Shown here in pieces: positions 29,071 through 38,233 of a stretch of DNA of 64,000 bases. Under the pieces are notes generated by a model that was not told the DNA's origin, did not search any database, and worked only from the letters and a program-made list of their open reading frames with translations. Source of the DNA: an uncultured Verrucomicrobiota bacterium (GTDB taxonomy: Bacteria; Verrucomicrobiota; Verrucomicrobiia; Limisphaerales; JAYPEY01); NCBI GenBank assembly GCA_964519245.1, contig CAZFLK010000006.1:12186-76185 (forward strand), read 5' to 3'. How positions within the stretch are numbered: the first letter of the stretch is position 1; every line of letters begins with the position of its first letter. Position numbers and translations under genes: made by a program.

Positions 29071-29170
29071 AAGACGAACGTTGAACGTTCAACGTTCAAC
29101 GCTGAACAATAAACTGCGATTGACGCGCAGGGCGCGGGGAATGTTTCGGTGGACGTCCAAGGTTCAACGT
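29071..29170 (+). repeat. intergenic structured repeat, copy A (22-nt perfect palindrome, CGTTSAA heptamer run, central CGCGC-AGG-GCGCG hairpin)
   Basis: Read directly: 29076-29097 GAACGTTGAACGTTCAACGTTC is its own reverse complement. 29078-29086 ACGTTGAAC is the inverted repeat of 29162-29170 GTTCAACGT. Colinear with the reverse complement of 61361-61472. Confidence 0.7.
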
Positions 29171-29198
29171 GGAGCCTTTGTCATTCGGCTTTCCCGCT

Positions 29199-30671
29199 TC
29201 ACCCCAGATCCAGCGACAGCAGGAATTCCACATTGTTGCCCGTGTTCCTGAGCTTGCTGAGCAGCAGTTCCATGGCTTCAACCGGCGGGACGCCGGTGAG
29301 CGCGCGCCTCAACAGCACGACCTTGTCGAGCTCCTGCGGGTGATACAGCAACTCCTCTTTCCGGGTGCCGGAGAGACCGACATTGATTGAGGGGAAGATG
29401 CGCCGCTCGACCAGGTGACGGTCCAGATGGACCTCCATGTTGCCCGTGCCTTTGAACTCTTCAAAAATCACCTCATCCATGCGGGAGCCGGTGTCGATCA
29501 GCGCGGTCGCCATGATCGTCAACGAGCCGCCCTCTTCAATGTTGCGCGCCGCGCCGAAGAAGCGCTTGGGCTTGTGCAGGGCATTGGCGTCGACGCCGCC
29601 GGAGAGAATCTTGCCCGAATGGGGCTGAATCGTGTTGTATGCGCGCGCAAGACGAGTAATGGAGTCGAGCAGGATGACCACATCCTTCTTGTGCTCGACC
29701 ATGCGGCGCGCCTTCTCGATCACCATTTCCGCGACCTGAACGTGGCGTTCCGGCGGTTCGTCAAAGGTGGAGCTGATCACCTCCGCGGGACGACAGGAAC
29801 GCACCATGTCGGTCACCTCCTCCGGCCGCTCATCGATCAGCAGAATGAAAAGATAGGCTTCCTTGTTGTTCTTGAGAATCGCGTTGGCGAGCTTCTGCAT
29901 CAACACGGTCTTGCCCGTGCGCGGCGGCGCGACGATCAACCCGCGCGTCCCCTTGCCGATCGGGCAGACGAGATCCAGAACCCGGGTGGAAAACTCCTTC
30001 GAATCCGTCTCCAGGATGAAGCGATCGTCGGGAAACAGCGGCGTGAGATTGTCAAAATGGGTCTTGTCCTTGGCGACCTCGGGATTCTCGTGACCCACCG
30101 CCTCAACCTTCAGCAACGCAAAAAAGCGCTCCTTCTCCTTGGGCGGACGAATCTGACCGGTGATGGTGTCCCCGGTCTGCAGGTCAAAACGGCGGATCTG
30201 CGAGGGCGACACGTAGATGTCTTCCGGACAGGGCAGGTAACTGAAACTCTGGGAACGAAGGAAACCAAACCCTTCCGGCAGCACTTCCAAAACGCCTTCC
30301 GCGTAGAGCCGTCCGCTCTGCTCCGCGTTCTTCTGCAGGATGTGGAAGATCACCTCATGCTTGCGCATGGTGCCGAAATTCTCCACGCCGATTTCCTTGG
30401 CCATGGTGTTGAGGTCGCCGATCGACATCTCCTGCAACTGGGCGATGTTGATCTTGGCGCCTTCTCCGTCCGCGGCCGCGGCGGCCTCCAACTCTTCCGC
30501 TTCGAGCTCCGGATCATCCACCGGGAGGTCGGCCGGATCGATGCCGGACGGTCCGATGCGACCGCGGCCGCCGGCGTTGGCCTCGGCCGGACTTTTCGCC
30601 TTCTTCGGTTTGCTGGTTCGGGGCTTTCTGGGTCTGGGCATGGGATAATCAGGTTGAAAAAAATCGGACAT
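29199..30671 (-). CDS. rho: transcription termination factor Rho (with ~70-aa low-complexity N-terminal extension)
   Basis: [26 protein letters not shown] (Rho N-terminal domain), Walker [25 protein letters not shown]. Confidence 0.95.
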   Translation of the reverse strand: MSDFFQPDYPMPRPRKPRTSKPKKAKSPAEANAGGRGRIGPSGIDPADLPVDDPELEAEELEAAAAADGEGAKINIAQLQEMSIGDLNTMAKEIGVENFGTMRKHEVIFHILQKNAEQSGRLYAEGVLEVLPEGFGFLRSQSFSYLPCPEDIYVSPSQIRRFDLQTGDTITGQIRPPKEKERFFALLKVEAVGHENPEVAKDKTHFDNLTPLFPDDRFILETDSKEFSTRVLDLVCPIGKGTRGLIVAPPRTGKTVLMQKLANAILKNNKEAYLFILLIDERPEEVTDMVRSCRPAEVISSTFDEPPERHVQVAEMVIEKARRMVEHKKDVVILLDSITRLARAYNTIQPHSGKILSGGVDANALHKPKRFFGAARNIEEGGSLTIMATALIDTGSRMDEVIFEEFKGTGNMEVHLDRHLVERRIFPSINVGLSGTRKEELLYHPQELDKVVLLRRALTGVPPVEAMELLLSKLRNTGNNVEFLLSLDLG

Positions 30672-30696
30672 CTGACTGTCAATCAGCCGGGAATAA

Positions 30697-30736
30697 CGAA
30701 TTCTGGGGCTGGCGAATTCGACAAAGCTCGAATTCG
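30697..30736 (-). promoter_or_regulatory. three CGAATTC(G) palindromic units at 16-nt periodicity in the rho upstream/leader region
   Basis: CGAATTC at 30697, CGAATTCG at 30713, CGAATTCG at 30729. The nearest unit lies 25 nt upstream of the rho start codon. Confidence 0.4.
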
Positions 30737-30788
30737 TGAACAGCTGTTTGCTGTGGCTGGGGGATAACCGCTGGCGACTGGGCCAGTC

Positions 30789-32042
30789 TTAATACGGCAA
30801 TGGGTGCTTCGCCGTCAGCTCCCGCACACGTTCCCGCACACCTTTTGCGACGTCAAGGCTTTTGACATCATTCAATACTTCTCCGATCAGGTCCGCGATT
30901 TCCCGCATTTCCGCCTCTTTCATGCCGCGCGTCGTCACGGCCGGGGTGCCAATGCGAATGCCGCTGGCCTGGAAGGGGGACCGGGTTTCAAAGGGAATGG
31001 TGTTCTTGTTCACGGTGATGCCGGCCTCATCGAGCGCAATCTGGCATTCCTTGCCGGTGAGGTCGCGCTCGCCGGTGTCCACCAGCATCAGATGGTTGTC
31101 CGTGCCGCCGCTGACAAGGCGGAACCCCTTCCCGGAAATCGCCTCGGCCAACGCCGCGGCATTCTTGACGATCTGCTTCTGATAGTCAGTGAACCCGGGC
31201 TGCAACGCCTCCTGAAAACAGACAGCCTTGGCGGCAATGATGTGCATGAGCGGCCCGCCCTGAATGCCCGGGAAAACCTGGGAATTGATCGCCTTCGCGT
31301 ATTTCTCACCGCAGAGGATCAGACCGCCTCGAGGGCCGCGCAACGTCTTGTGCGTGGTCGTCGTGACAAAGTCGGCGTGACCGATCGGGCTCGGGTGAAC
31401 GCCCGCGGCGACCAGCCCGGCAATGTGGGCAATGTCCGCCAGCAGATAGGCGTCGACCTCGCGGGCAATCTGCCCCATCCGTTCAAAATCAATGACTCTC
31501 GGATAGGCGCTGGCCCCCACGGTGATCATGGCCGGCCGATGTTCGCGCGCCATCTCCGCCAATTGATCGTAGTCGATCCGCTCGTCCTCCTTGCGAACCC
31601 CGTAGTGGACAACGTCAAAGAATTTCCCGGAAAAATTCGCGGCATTGCCGTGGGTGAGGTGGCCGCCGTGACTGAGATCCATGGTCAGGATCTTGTCTCC
31701 CGGCTTGAGCACGGAAAAGTAGACGCCCATGTTCGCGCCGCTGCCGGAATGCGGCTGCACGTTCGCGTGCTCCGCGCCGAAAAGCTGCTTGGCGCGGTCG
31801 ATCGCAAGATCCTCCACGTCGTCGACAAACTCACAACCGCCATACCAGCGCTTGGCCGGATATCCCTCCGCATACTTGTTGGTCAGACAGGATCCGGCCG
31901 CCTCGAGGACGGCCGGGCTGACGAAATTCTCACTCGCGATCAACTCGATGTTCTCGTTCTGACGCCTCCGCTCCGCCTCAATCGCCGCCGCGACTTGGGG
32001 ATCAATCTCCTGAACTGACTTGGCCAACTGACTTTCGCTCAT
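30789..32042 (-). CDS. glyA: serine hydroxymethyltransferase
   Basis: 417 aa, PLP-lysine block [21 protein letters not shown]-terminal block. Confidence 0.95.
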   Translation of the reverse strand: MSESQLAKSVQEIDPQVAAAIEAERRRQNENIELIASENFVSPAVLEAAGSCLTNKYAEGYPAKRWYGGCEFVDDVEDLAIDRAKQLFGAEHANVQPHSGSGANMGVYFSVLKPGDKILTMDLSHGGHLTHGNAANFSGKFFDVVHYGVRKEDERIDYDQLAEMAREHRPAMITVGASAYPRVIDFERMGQIAREVDAYLLADIAHIAGLVAAGVHPSPIGHADFVTTTTHKTLRGPRGGLILCGEKYAKAINSQVFPGIQGGPLMHIIAAKAVCFQEALQPGFTDYQKQIVKNAAALAEAISGKGFRLVSGGTDNHLMLVDTGERDLTGKECQIALDEAGITVNKNTIPFETRSPFQASGIRIGTPAVTTRGMKEAEMREIADLIGEVLNDVKSLDVAKGVRERVRELTAKHPLPY

Positions 32043-32048
32043 ACACTT

Positions 32049-32975
32049 TCAACGTTTGTTTTCAATCTTGCTGATGCGGCGCTGGTGGCGGCCGCCTTCG
32101 AAATGGGATTCCAGGTAGGCGTCGATCATCTTGATCGCCAACCCGGGCGACGTCTTCCGCGCCCCCAGGCACAGGACGTTCGCGTCATTGTGCCGTCGCG
32201 CAAGTCTCGCCATTTCCTCGTCCAGGACCAGCGCGGCGCGGACGCCCGGCTGCTTGTTCGCGGCAATGCTCATGCCGATCCCGCTGCCGCAGACAAGGAT
32301 GCCCAACTCGTAAACGCCATGGGCGACGCTCTCCGCGACCGGTTTCGCATAATCAGGGTAATCCGTCGCCAGATCCGAATCGGGCCCGACGTCCTTAATC
32401 CGAATGGGCCGCTTTTGCAAATGCTCTTTGATCTTCTCCTTCAATTCCCGGCCGGCATGATCGGAGCCCAACGCCACCGAGTCGATGGCCGGGCCGTCGT
32501 CCTCATCCGACAACACGTCCCAACGGTCCAGATCCCTGACCAGGAAATCAATCGCCTGCTCCACCTGGTCCCGGCAGTGCCGGTGAGTGTCGAGCGTGCC
32601 GCCCAATGGATCGCGGATGTCCCTGTCTTCGGGCGGCAAGGAATCGTCGAACTCGCGCAACAGGAACACCTTGTCCCTGGCCTGGGGGAACTCCTTGTTG
32701 GTCCAGTCCACATGCCGCTTGGTCATGCAGAAAATGTAGTCGGCCGCCTCGATCATTCGGGGCGTCAGCAGGGTGCTCCGATACTCCGAGAGGTCGATTC
32801 CGATCTCCTCCATCGCCTTCACCGTCAACTCGAAGGGCGGTTGCTCGGGAGCCGAATCGAGACCGGAGGCGACCACCCGACACTGACGCCCAGGCCCCAA
32901 CGCCCGGTTGAAAAAGGCGGCGGCCATCGGACTGCGGCAAAGGTTGCCCGTGCAAAGAAACAGAAAGGTCTTCAT
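32049..32975 (-). CDS. fusion: low-molecular-weight protein (Tyr/Arg) phosphatase + ribose-5-phosphate isomerase B
   Basis: N-terminus LFLCTGNLCRSPMA (CX5R-S P-loop) and DIRDPLGG. From aa ~166, ALGSDHAGRELK...ILVCGSGIGMSIAANK...NDANVLCLGAR (RpiB/LacAB). Confidence 0.85.
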   Translation of the reverse strand: MKTFLFLCTGNLCRSPMAAAFFNRALGPGRQCRVVASGLDSAPEQPPFELTVKAMEEIGIDLSEYRSTLLTPRMIEAADYIFCMTKRHVDWTNKEFPQARDKVFLLREFDDSLPPEDRDIRDPLGGTLDTHRHCRDQVEQAIDFLVRDLDRWDVLSDEDDGPAIDSVALGSDHAGRELKEKIKEHLQKRPIRIKDVGPDSDLATDYPDYAKPVAESVAHGVYELGILVCGSGIGMSIAANKQPGVRAALVLDEEMARLARRHNDANVLCLGARKTSPGLAIKMIDAYLESHFEGGRHQRRISKIENKR

Positions 32976-33202
32976 CTCAGCGTTCGGAAACCGGTTTGAT
33001 AGGCCGGTATTTCCCCGCCGTCAATTGGGAATCGCCGGCGAACCGAGATTGGCGCGACCAGGGCCTCGGAGGCTTGCATCACAGTTGACAAATCGCGCAA
33101 AAATTGTCACCTATGCCCCGAAATAGGATGCTCGTTTGACCCTATCCTTCAGTAGGAACATGTCGGACAACCGACCGGCGGGCGTCATGGGAAGGGGTAA
33201 CA

Positions 33203-33580
33203 ATGGGTCGATTACTGCAAATCAAGAAGGTCGCCATCAGTCGTTCGACACGATGGACAAAGCTGGCGCGGGAGTGTCACTTCAACGAACAACTGATGGC
33301 GCAGCGTTGCATGGTCAGCGTGCGGCAACTGCAGCGCTACTTCGCCGAGGAAATGGGGCGGACGCCCAAGGCCTGGATCAACGAGCAGCGAATGATCGCG
33401 GCCCGCAAACTCCTGCTGGAAGGCTGGCCGGTCAAGGCCGTCGCCGCCGATCTCAGCTACAAGCAGGCCTCGCACTTCTGCCGGGAGTTCAAACGCTGCT
33501 ACAACCTGACGCCGAAAGATTACATTGCGCTGCATCGGGAAAAGCATCGCAGCCTGCTACCGCAATCAGCCGAAGCGTAG
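33203..33580 (+). CDS. AraC-family HTH protein (DNA-binding domain only)
   Basis: VRQLQRYFAEEMGRTPKAWINEQRMIAARKLLLEGWPVKAVAADLSYKQASHFCREFKRCYNLTPKDY. Confidence 0.8.
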   Translation: MGRLLQIKKVAISRSTRWTKLARECHFNEQLMAQRCMVSVRQLQRYFAEEMGRTPKAWINEQRMIAARKLLLEGWPVKAVAADLSYKQASHFCREFKRCYNLTPKDYIALHREKHRSLLPQSAEA

Positions 33581-33703
33581 CAGCGAGACTCCGCCGGTCT
33601 GATCGGCGTCCAACCCGGCGAGGAACGCCTTCGCCGCAAAGCCGACAAACATCGCCAGATCCTGCTCTCCTGACTGGACTGGCCCGCCGCCGCCAAGGCG
33701 GCA

Positions 33704-34579
33704 TCAATGTCCCACGAACGCCAATCGAAGCAACTCGCGCAGTCTCGCCGGGTCCGTGGCCGTGGTCTTCGCCACAAACCCGCGCGCGTGAGCAAAATGC
33801 ACGTCCGACTCATCCGCCACGCGCGTCAGATCAATGCCGGCATGGTCCCGATAGCGCGAGAGCCCGTAGCCGGAGCCTCGACGGTCGGGATAAACCAACG
33901 CAGTCATCTCGCCGTCCAGGCCCAACCGCTCCACGTAACGCTCCATGCCCATGGACGGCTCGCCCGGCAGCGGATCCGTGCGCTTGAGAAAGAGCGCCTC
34001 GAAGGAACCTTGCGGCCCTTCCACGGTCCAACGCTCACTGTGGGTTCCGATAAAGTCGAGCCGGTCGCGGAGGTTCTGGATGAAGGTCAACAGATCGTCG
34101 CCGATCAAGCGCATCATCTCCCAGATCAGCTCGCCCGGGCGATGTTCCGGTTCATCGGCAAATCGACGCAGAAGACTGATATCCATGGGCGAGACCATCT
34201 GGTTGATCACCTTGCGCTCCACCCCAAGCCAACGGGCGGTCTCGCCGGGGCCCCGCGCATCAAACCACTCCGCAGGCTCCAGCCAGTCGCAGAAACTCCG
34301 CGCATCCTCGTAGAGCCCCAGATGCCGCAGGACCAGGCTCAGTGAACAAATCGGCTCATGGTCGCGCGGAAACTGGTGATGATCGAAGTTCAGAAACTCC
34401 GGTTCATGTCGCCCGCCGATGTCGATGACGGCAACGCTCGGCGACGCCAACTCGCCCTCCGACGGATCCCGCCGAAGGATTCGAACGCCATGCTTCGCCG
34501 CCAATACGCAGCAGGCCAGAAAATCGTCCTTATGCGCGCCGCCGGGATGCGTGAGAATGTAATCCAATTGGGTGTTCAT
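33704..34579 (-). CDS. MYG1/UPF0160-like metal-dependent hydrolase
   Basis: From ATG 34579: ILTHPGGAHKDDFLACCVL and VIDIGGRHEPEFLNFDHHQF follow the THxGxFHxDExLA / DVGGxYDxxxxxFDHHQ pattern. Confidence 0.6.
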   Translation of the reverse strand: MNTQLDYILTHPGGAHKDDFLACCVLAAKHGVRILRRDPSEGELASPSVAVIDIGGRHEPEFLNFDHHQFPRDHEPICSLSLVLRHLGLYEDARSFCDWLEPAEWFDARGPGETARWLGVERKVINQMVSPMDISLLRRFADEPEHRPGELIWEMMRLIGDDLLTFIQNLRDRLDFIGTHSERWTVEGPQGSFEALFLKRTDPLPGEPSMGMERYVERLGLDGEMTALVYPDRRGSGYGLSRYRDHAGIDLTRVADESDVHFAHARGFVAKTTATDPARLRELLRLAFVGH

Positions 34580-34646
34580 AGAATGGCGCGCGGAGCCTAG
34601 TGCCCGCCGGCCGAATACCCAAGCCCCGAAGCGTTCGCCCGACGTT

Positions 34647-37568
34647 TCAATCCTCGCCCGAGACCTGCATCCAGGTGAAGGACGAACGATCCAGGCTTTC
34701 CACGAGGGCTTCCGCGTCCCGGAAACGCGCCTGGCCCGCGCCTTCATCGCCGTCGAGGAACCGAACCAGTTCAAGCTGGGCTTCAGGCGTCCCGCGCTCG
34801 CGCTGGAACTTCCGCAGCAACTCCATCGCCGGCATGGTCGTCGTGCCCATGATCTCAACCAACGGGAAATCAACGCGTCCATCGAAGGTCCTGAAGATCA
34901 ACTCAGTGCAGACCAGCTTGTCCGTGCTGAAGAAATCGAACTCAAAATCGTAGGGCTTGCCCGCATGCCCGAACGCGCGGGCGAGACATTCCCTTCGCTC
35001 CTCATCCGTCAGCTTCGGACGCAGGACGCAAACGGCGTCCGCTTCACCGACGGAATGTTCCAGCGACGTGAAGATGACCCCGGGAGCCAGGGCCTCGATG
35101 ACGGCGCGGGCATGTCCGCGCTCGTCCGGCGTCAGGTAGGACTTCCAGTGTTCCGCGACCCGGGGATCGTCTCGCAACCCGAGCTCTTCCAACTCGTCCG
35201 GGCTTCCCAGATACAACGCCGCGTGGGACCAGTAGCCGGGCAGGAAAGCGTTGGAGAGGACCCAGTTGCGCCGCTCGATCAGAATGTCCCCCGGTTGCAG
35301 ATCCGGAATCAACGCCTCCAGGTGCTCCGGCTGGATCAGGGTCTCGCCATCCCTCGGCGCGCGCACCTTCGCCTTGCCGATCCAGTAGGACACGAACGTC
35401 TTCGCGCGATAAAACCCGCCCTCGCCAAGGTTGCGCGCCTCCCGGACCGCAACGCCGAACCGACCGCCCGAAAACCGCTCCGACCGGGCGTCGATCTCAT
35501 GAACATTCCGAGCGATGCGACGGTGGAAACGGCCGTGATCCGAGGCAACCCCCAGTCCCTGGACTTCAAACTCCGCCATCCGGTCACGATACGCCGCGAC
35601 CGCCCGGTCCAGTTCCTCCCGCAGCTCCTCATTCGCCAGATTGCGATGAATCCGGTCGAACAGACCGCTCGGAACGTTCCACAGGGGCTCCGGCTCGTTC
35701 AACTTGCGCACCGCATCCGGAGCGTCCAGGAACTGGGTCACAAAGTCCTGGGACGCCGCATAGATCGAGGTCGCGCCCCCCAGGGCGAGCAGCGTCGCCC
35801 GCAGCTGCAGTCCGGGGTCGTTGATCTGCTCGTAGTTGCGATACTTCCACACGATGCGCAGCAGTCCCGTGCGACAGGCGATGTAGGTCATCATGGACCG
35901 GCGCACCGCGTCATTGTCCGCCTGCCGGACAAAATTGCGCTTCCCCGATTCGAAGTCGACGCGCAGATCCGCCGCGCGTTGCTTGAGGCGGTCCAGTTCC
36001 GCCGTCAATTCCAGCAGCGCGTCCTCGTCCGCCGCAATGGGCCCGGCCAGGGACGCCGCCGAACGTTGAATGAGCGTCGGACTCGGCGTCGCCAATTCCA
36101 GCATGGGCCGCGACCGAAACCAACCGTAGGTCAACAATCCCAACGCGACGAACAAGGCGACGATCGCCGCGCCGCCGAGATAACGCGCCGCGATCATCCA
36201 TGCCGGTTTGGGACGTCGGTCATCAACCGGAATGGCGCGCGCCCCGCGATGCTCCCGAGACATCGCCTCCAACCGGTCGCTCAACCGCTGCTGGTCCGAA
36301 CGGAGGGCGTCGAGTCGCTGGCTCTGGAAAAGCATCCCCGATTCCCGCCACCAGAGCCGGGCGGTGTCGCGCGCGCGACGGCAGTAATCCAGGGCCCAAA
36401 GTCCGGCAAAGGGCATCAGGAAGCAGAGCGTCCAAGCAAACCAAGGCAGGAAATAGCCGGAAAGCCACCGCCAGGCGAGAACATACCAAAGCGCATAGAC
36501 CGGCAGGCCGAGGTAGAGCCGGTTCAAGGCCGTGGTCACCTTGCCGGGCTGATTCAGCCGGCCCGCGATCGAACGAACAAGCAGGAATGGAACCAGATGA
36601 AACAGCGCCCCCAGCCAGGGCGCGAGCCCGGCGCACAGGAGCGTCGCCTGTCGCAAGGCCAGCCATCCCACCCACAACGTCCGATATCGCACCAACGGCG
36701 ACCTCACCGTCAGTCCCGCCTCAGCAAGCTTCTCCCGATGCTCCCGAATCGCCGACGCGGCCGCCATCGCGCGATCCGGATCCTCTTTCATGAACCAGTT
36801 GACGCCATCGGCCAACCGCTTCCGACGACGCAACGCCGCAATGGGGTCGCGGGCGCGATCACGCGACTCCGGGTCCAGGACCTCCAGGTCGTTCAGGTAG
36901 GACTCCCACTCCGGCTTGTCGAGATGGATGACCGCATTCTTCAACCCCGCATCAATGCGCCCGGTCAGGGAGCGCAGGGCCTTGCGTTCGTTTCCTTCGT
37001 GATCCGCCAACCACGCGTTGACATCGATCGCCTCACCCACCCTCACCCAGACACTCGAGCGAAACTGCTCCTTCCGTTCATAGTTCAGTCCGATGGGGAT
37101 GATGAACAATCGGTCTGCTCCACCCGCCGCCGCCTTCAGGGCGATCCGGGCGGCCCCTGATTTCACCTGTTCCACGTGTGTCGCATCGTGACTCCGACCC
37201 TCCGGGAAAATGCCGACATCCCTGCCCGCGGCGAGTTGTTCGGCGGCGACATCCAGGGATTCAAGGTTGCGCCTTACCTGCGTCTGGTCATCGCTGGCGC
37301 GAAAGGCCGGTATCATTCCCAGCGCCTTGAGTATCTGCCCCATGACCGGAACATCGAACAGCGGCGCCTTGGCGAGATAATGGATGCGGCGCCCCGTGGC
37401 GATGCCCATGATCACGGGATCAATGAGCGAATTGGCATGATTGGCCACAAAGAGGATCTGGGCCTTGTCCGGCAATGGCGACGCAAACTCCACCTCGATG
37501 CGCGGATAGTAGAGCCCCACGATGCGACGAACCAGTCCCCGCCCGAAGTCGCCCGCCCATGTGTTCAC
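34647..37568 (-). CDS. multidomain membrane protein: PlsC-type acyltransferase + TM region + YiiX-type permuted papain (NlpC/P60, LRAT-like) domain
   Basis: FVANHANSLID (HX4D) and GIFPEGRSH; several TM helices; C-terminus PGDILIERR...GYWSHAALYLG...FFSTDKLVCTELIF. Start uncertain: GTG at 37568 (preferred, 5 nt after the aldolase stop), GTG at 37577 or ATG at 37649. Confidence 0.7.
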   Translation of the reverse strand: MNTWAGDFGRGLVRRIVGLYYPRIEVEFASPLPDKAQILFVANHANSLIDPVIMGIATGRRIHYLAKAPLFDVPVMGQILKALGMIPAFRASDDQTQVRRNLESLDVAAEQLAAGRDVGIFPEGRSHDATHVEQVKSGAARIALKAAAGGADRLFIIPIGLNYERKEQFRSSVWVRVGEAIDVNAWLADHEGNERKALRSLTGRIDAGLKNAVIHLDKPEWESYLNDLEVLDPESRDRARDPIAALRRRKRLADGVNWFMKEDPDRAMAAASAIREHREKLAEAGLTVRSPLVRYRTLWVGWLALRQATLLCAGLAPWLGALFHLVPFLLVRSIAGRLNQPGKVTTALNRLYLGLPVYALWYVLAWRWLSGYFLPWFAWTLCFLMPFAGLWALDYCRRARDTARLWWRESGMLFQSQRLDALRSDQQRLSDRLEAMSREHRGARAIPVDDRRPKPAWMIAARYLGGAAIVALFVALGLLTYGWFRSRPMLELATPSPTLIQRSAASLAGPIAADEDALLELTAELDRLKQRAADLRVDFESGKRNFVRQADNDAVRRSMMTYIACRTGLLRIVWKYRNYEQINDPGLQLRATLLALGGATSIYAASQDFVTQFLDAPDAVRKLNEPEPLWNVPSGLFDRIHRNLANEELREELDRAVAAYRDRMAEFEVQGLGVASDHGRFHRRIARNVHEIDARSERFSGGRFGVAVREARNLGEGGFYRAKTFVSYWIGKAKVRAPRDGETLIQPEHLEALIPDLQPGDILIERRNWVLSNAFLPGYWSHAALYLGSPDELEELGLRDDPRVAEHWKSYLTPDERGHARAVIEALAPGVIFTSLEHSVGEADAVCVLRPKLTDEERRECLARAFGHAGKPYDFEFDFFSTDKLVCTELIFRTFDGRVDFPLVEIMGTTTMPAMELLRKFQRERGTPEAQLELVRFLDGDEGAGQARFRDAEALVESLDRSSFTWMQVSGED

Positions 37569-37573
37569 CCCAC

Positions 37574-38233
37574 TCACCGACCCACTCCAGCTTGAAACGC
37601 GTCGTAGATCTCCCGATGCGCGCGGACCTGTTCCGCAATCCAGCCCCATTCGCCCGCATCCACCTTGTCCCGTTTGAAGAGCGGGCCGCCAAGTCCGAAC
37701 CCCTGCGCGCCCGCCGCGAGATACTCCCCGATCGACTCCAGGGAGACGCCGCCGGTCGCCATGACGGGTATCTCCGGATACGGCCCTTTCAGCGATTTGA
37801 CATAAGCCGGCCCGCCAAAATCCGCAGGAAACAGCTTCACCATCGTCGCGCCCGCATCCCAAGCCTGCCAGACCTCCGTGGGAGTGAAGGCTCCAGGCAA
37901 GAAGGGCAGGTTCAACCCACGACAGCGGTCCATGACGCTCCCTATCACCGCAGGCGTCACGATGTAGCTCGCTCCCGCGTCGACCGCCAACCCAAGCCGC
38001 TCCAGCGAGGTCACCGTGCCCGCCCCGATGTTCATTCGCCCCCGCGCCGCCTCAACCGCAACCCGGATTTGCTCATCGGCGCCGTCCGTGTTCATGGTGA
38101 TTTCCAGATTCGTCAAACCGCCCTCGAGACAGGCCTCCACGATCGGACCGATCTGATCCAATCGGAAGCCGCGCAGGATGCCCACCAACGGCAGACGCCA
38201 GAATAACTCGGCAGAGAACTCAGTCTTCATCAT
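37574..38233 (-). CDS. KDPG / 2-dehydro-3-deoxy-6-phosphogalactonate aldolase (Eda/DgoA family)
   Basis: LPLVGILRG...EITMNT...GAGTVT...IVTP...PGAFTPTEV...VKLFPA...ATGGV pattern. ATGA overlap with the upstream dgoK. Confidence 0.85.
   Translation of the reverse strand: MMKTEFSAELFWRLPLVGILRGFRLDQIGPIVEACLEGGLTNLEITMNTDGADEQIRVAVEAARGRMNIGAGTVTSLERLGLAVDAGASYIVTPAVIGSVMDRCRGLNLPFLPGAFTPTEVWQAWDAGATMVKLFPADFGGPAYVKSLKGPYPEIPVMATGGVSLESIGEYLAAGAQGFGLGGPLFKRDKVDAGEWGWIAEQVRAHREIYDAFQAGVGR

Noticed and set aside
29079-29106. Heptamer run CGTTGAA CGTTCAA CGTTCAA CGCTGAA considered as a CRISPR or minisatellite
   Set aside because: The units are contiguous with no spacers, only 7 nt long, and no cas genes are present. 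It is better explained as part of the palindromic repeat element.
33085-33109. TTGACA plus inverted repeat TGACAA-N12-TTGTCA upstream of the AraC-like gene
   Set aside because: The arms are only 6 bp and no convincing -10 element follows. Too short to distinguish from chance without comparative data.
33136-33987. 283-aa plus-strand ORF spanning the AraC-like gene region and the MYG1-like gene 3' end
   Set aside because: Arg/Pro/Ala-rich artefact frame. The AraC HTH (33203-33580, another frame) and the minus-strand MYG1-like gene account for the coding signal.
34572-37160. 862-aa plus-strand ORF
   Set aside because: Antisense shadow of the PlsC-YiiX gene. Extremely Arg/Pro/Gln-rich, no domain signature.
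37569-37862. N-terminal extension of the acyltransferase ORF overlapping the aldolase gene by up to ~290 nt
   Set aside because: The extension is Gly/Arg-rich and lies inside the well-supported Eda/DgoA-family gene. A GTG just after the aldolase stop gives a typical PlsC N-terminus. The ATG at 37649 remains a less likely alternative.
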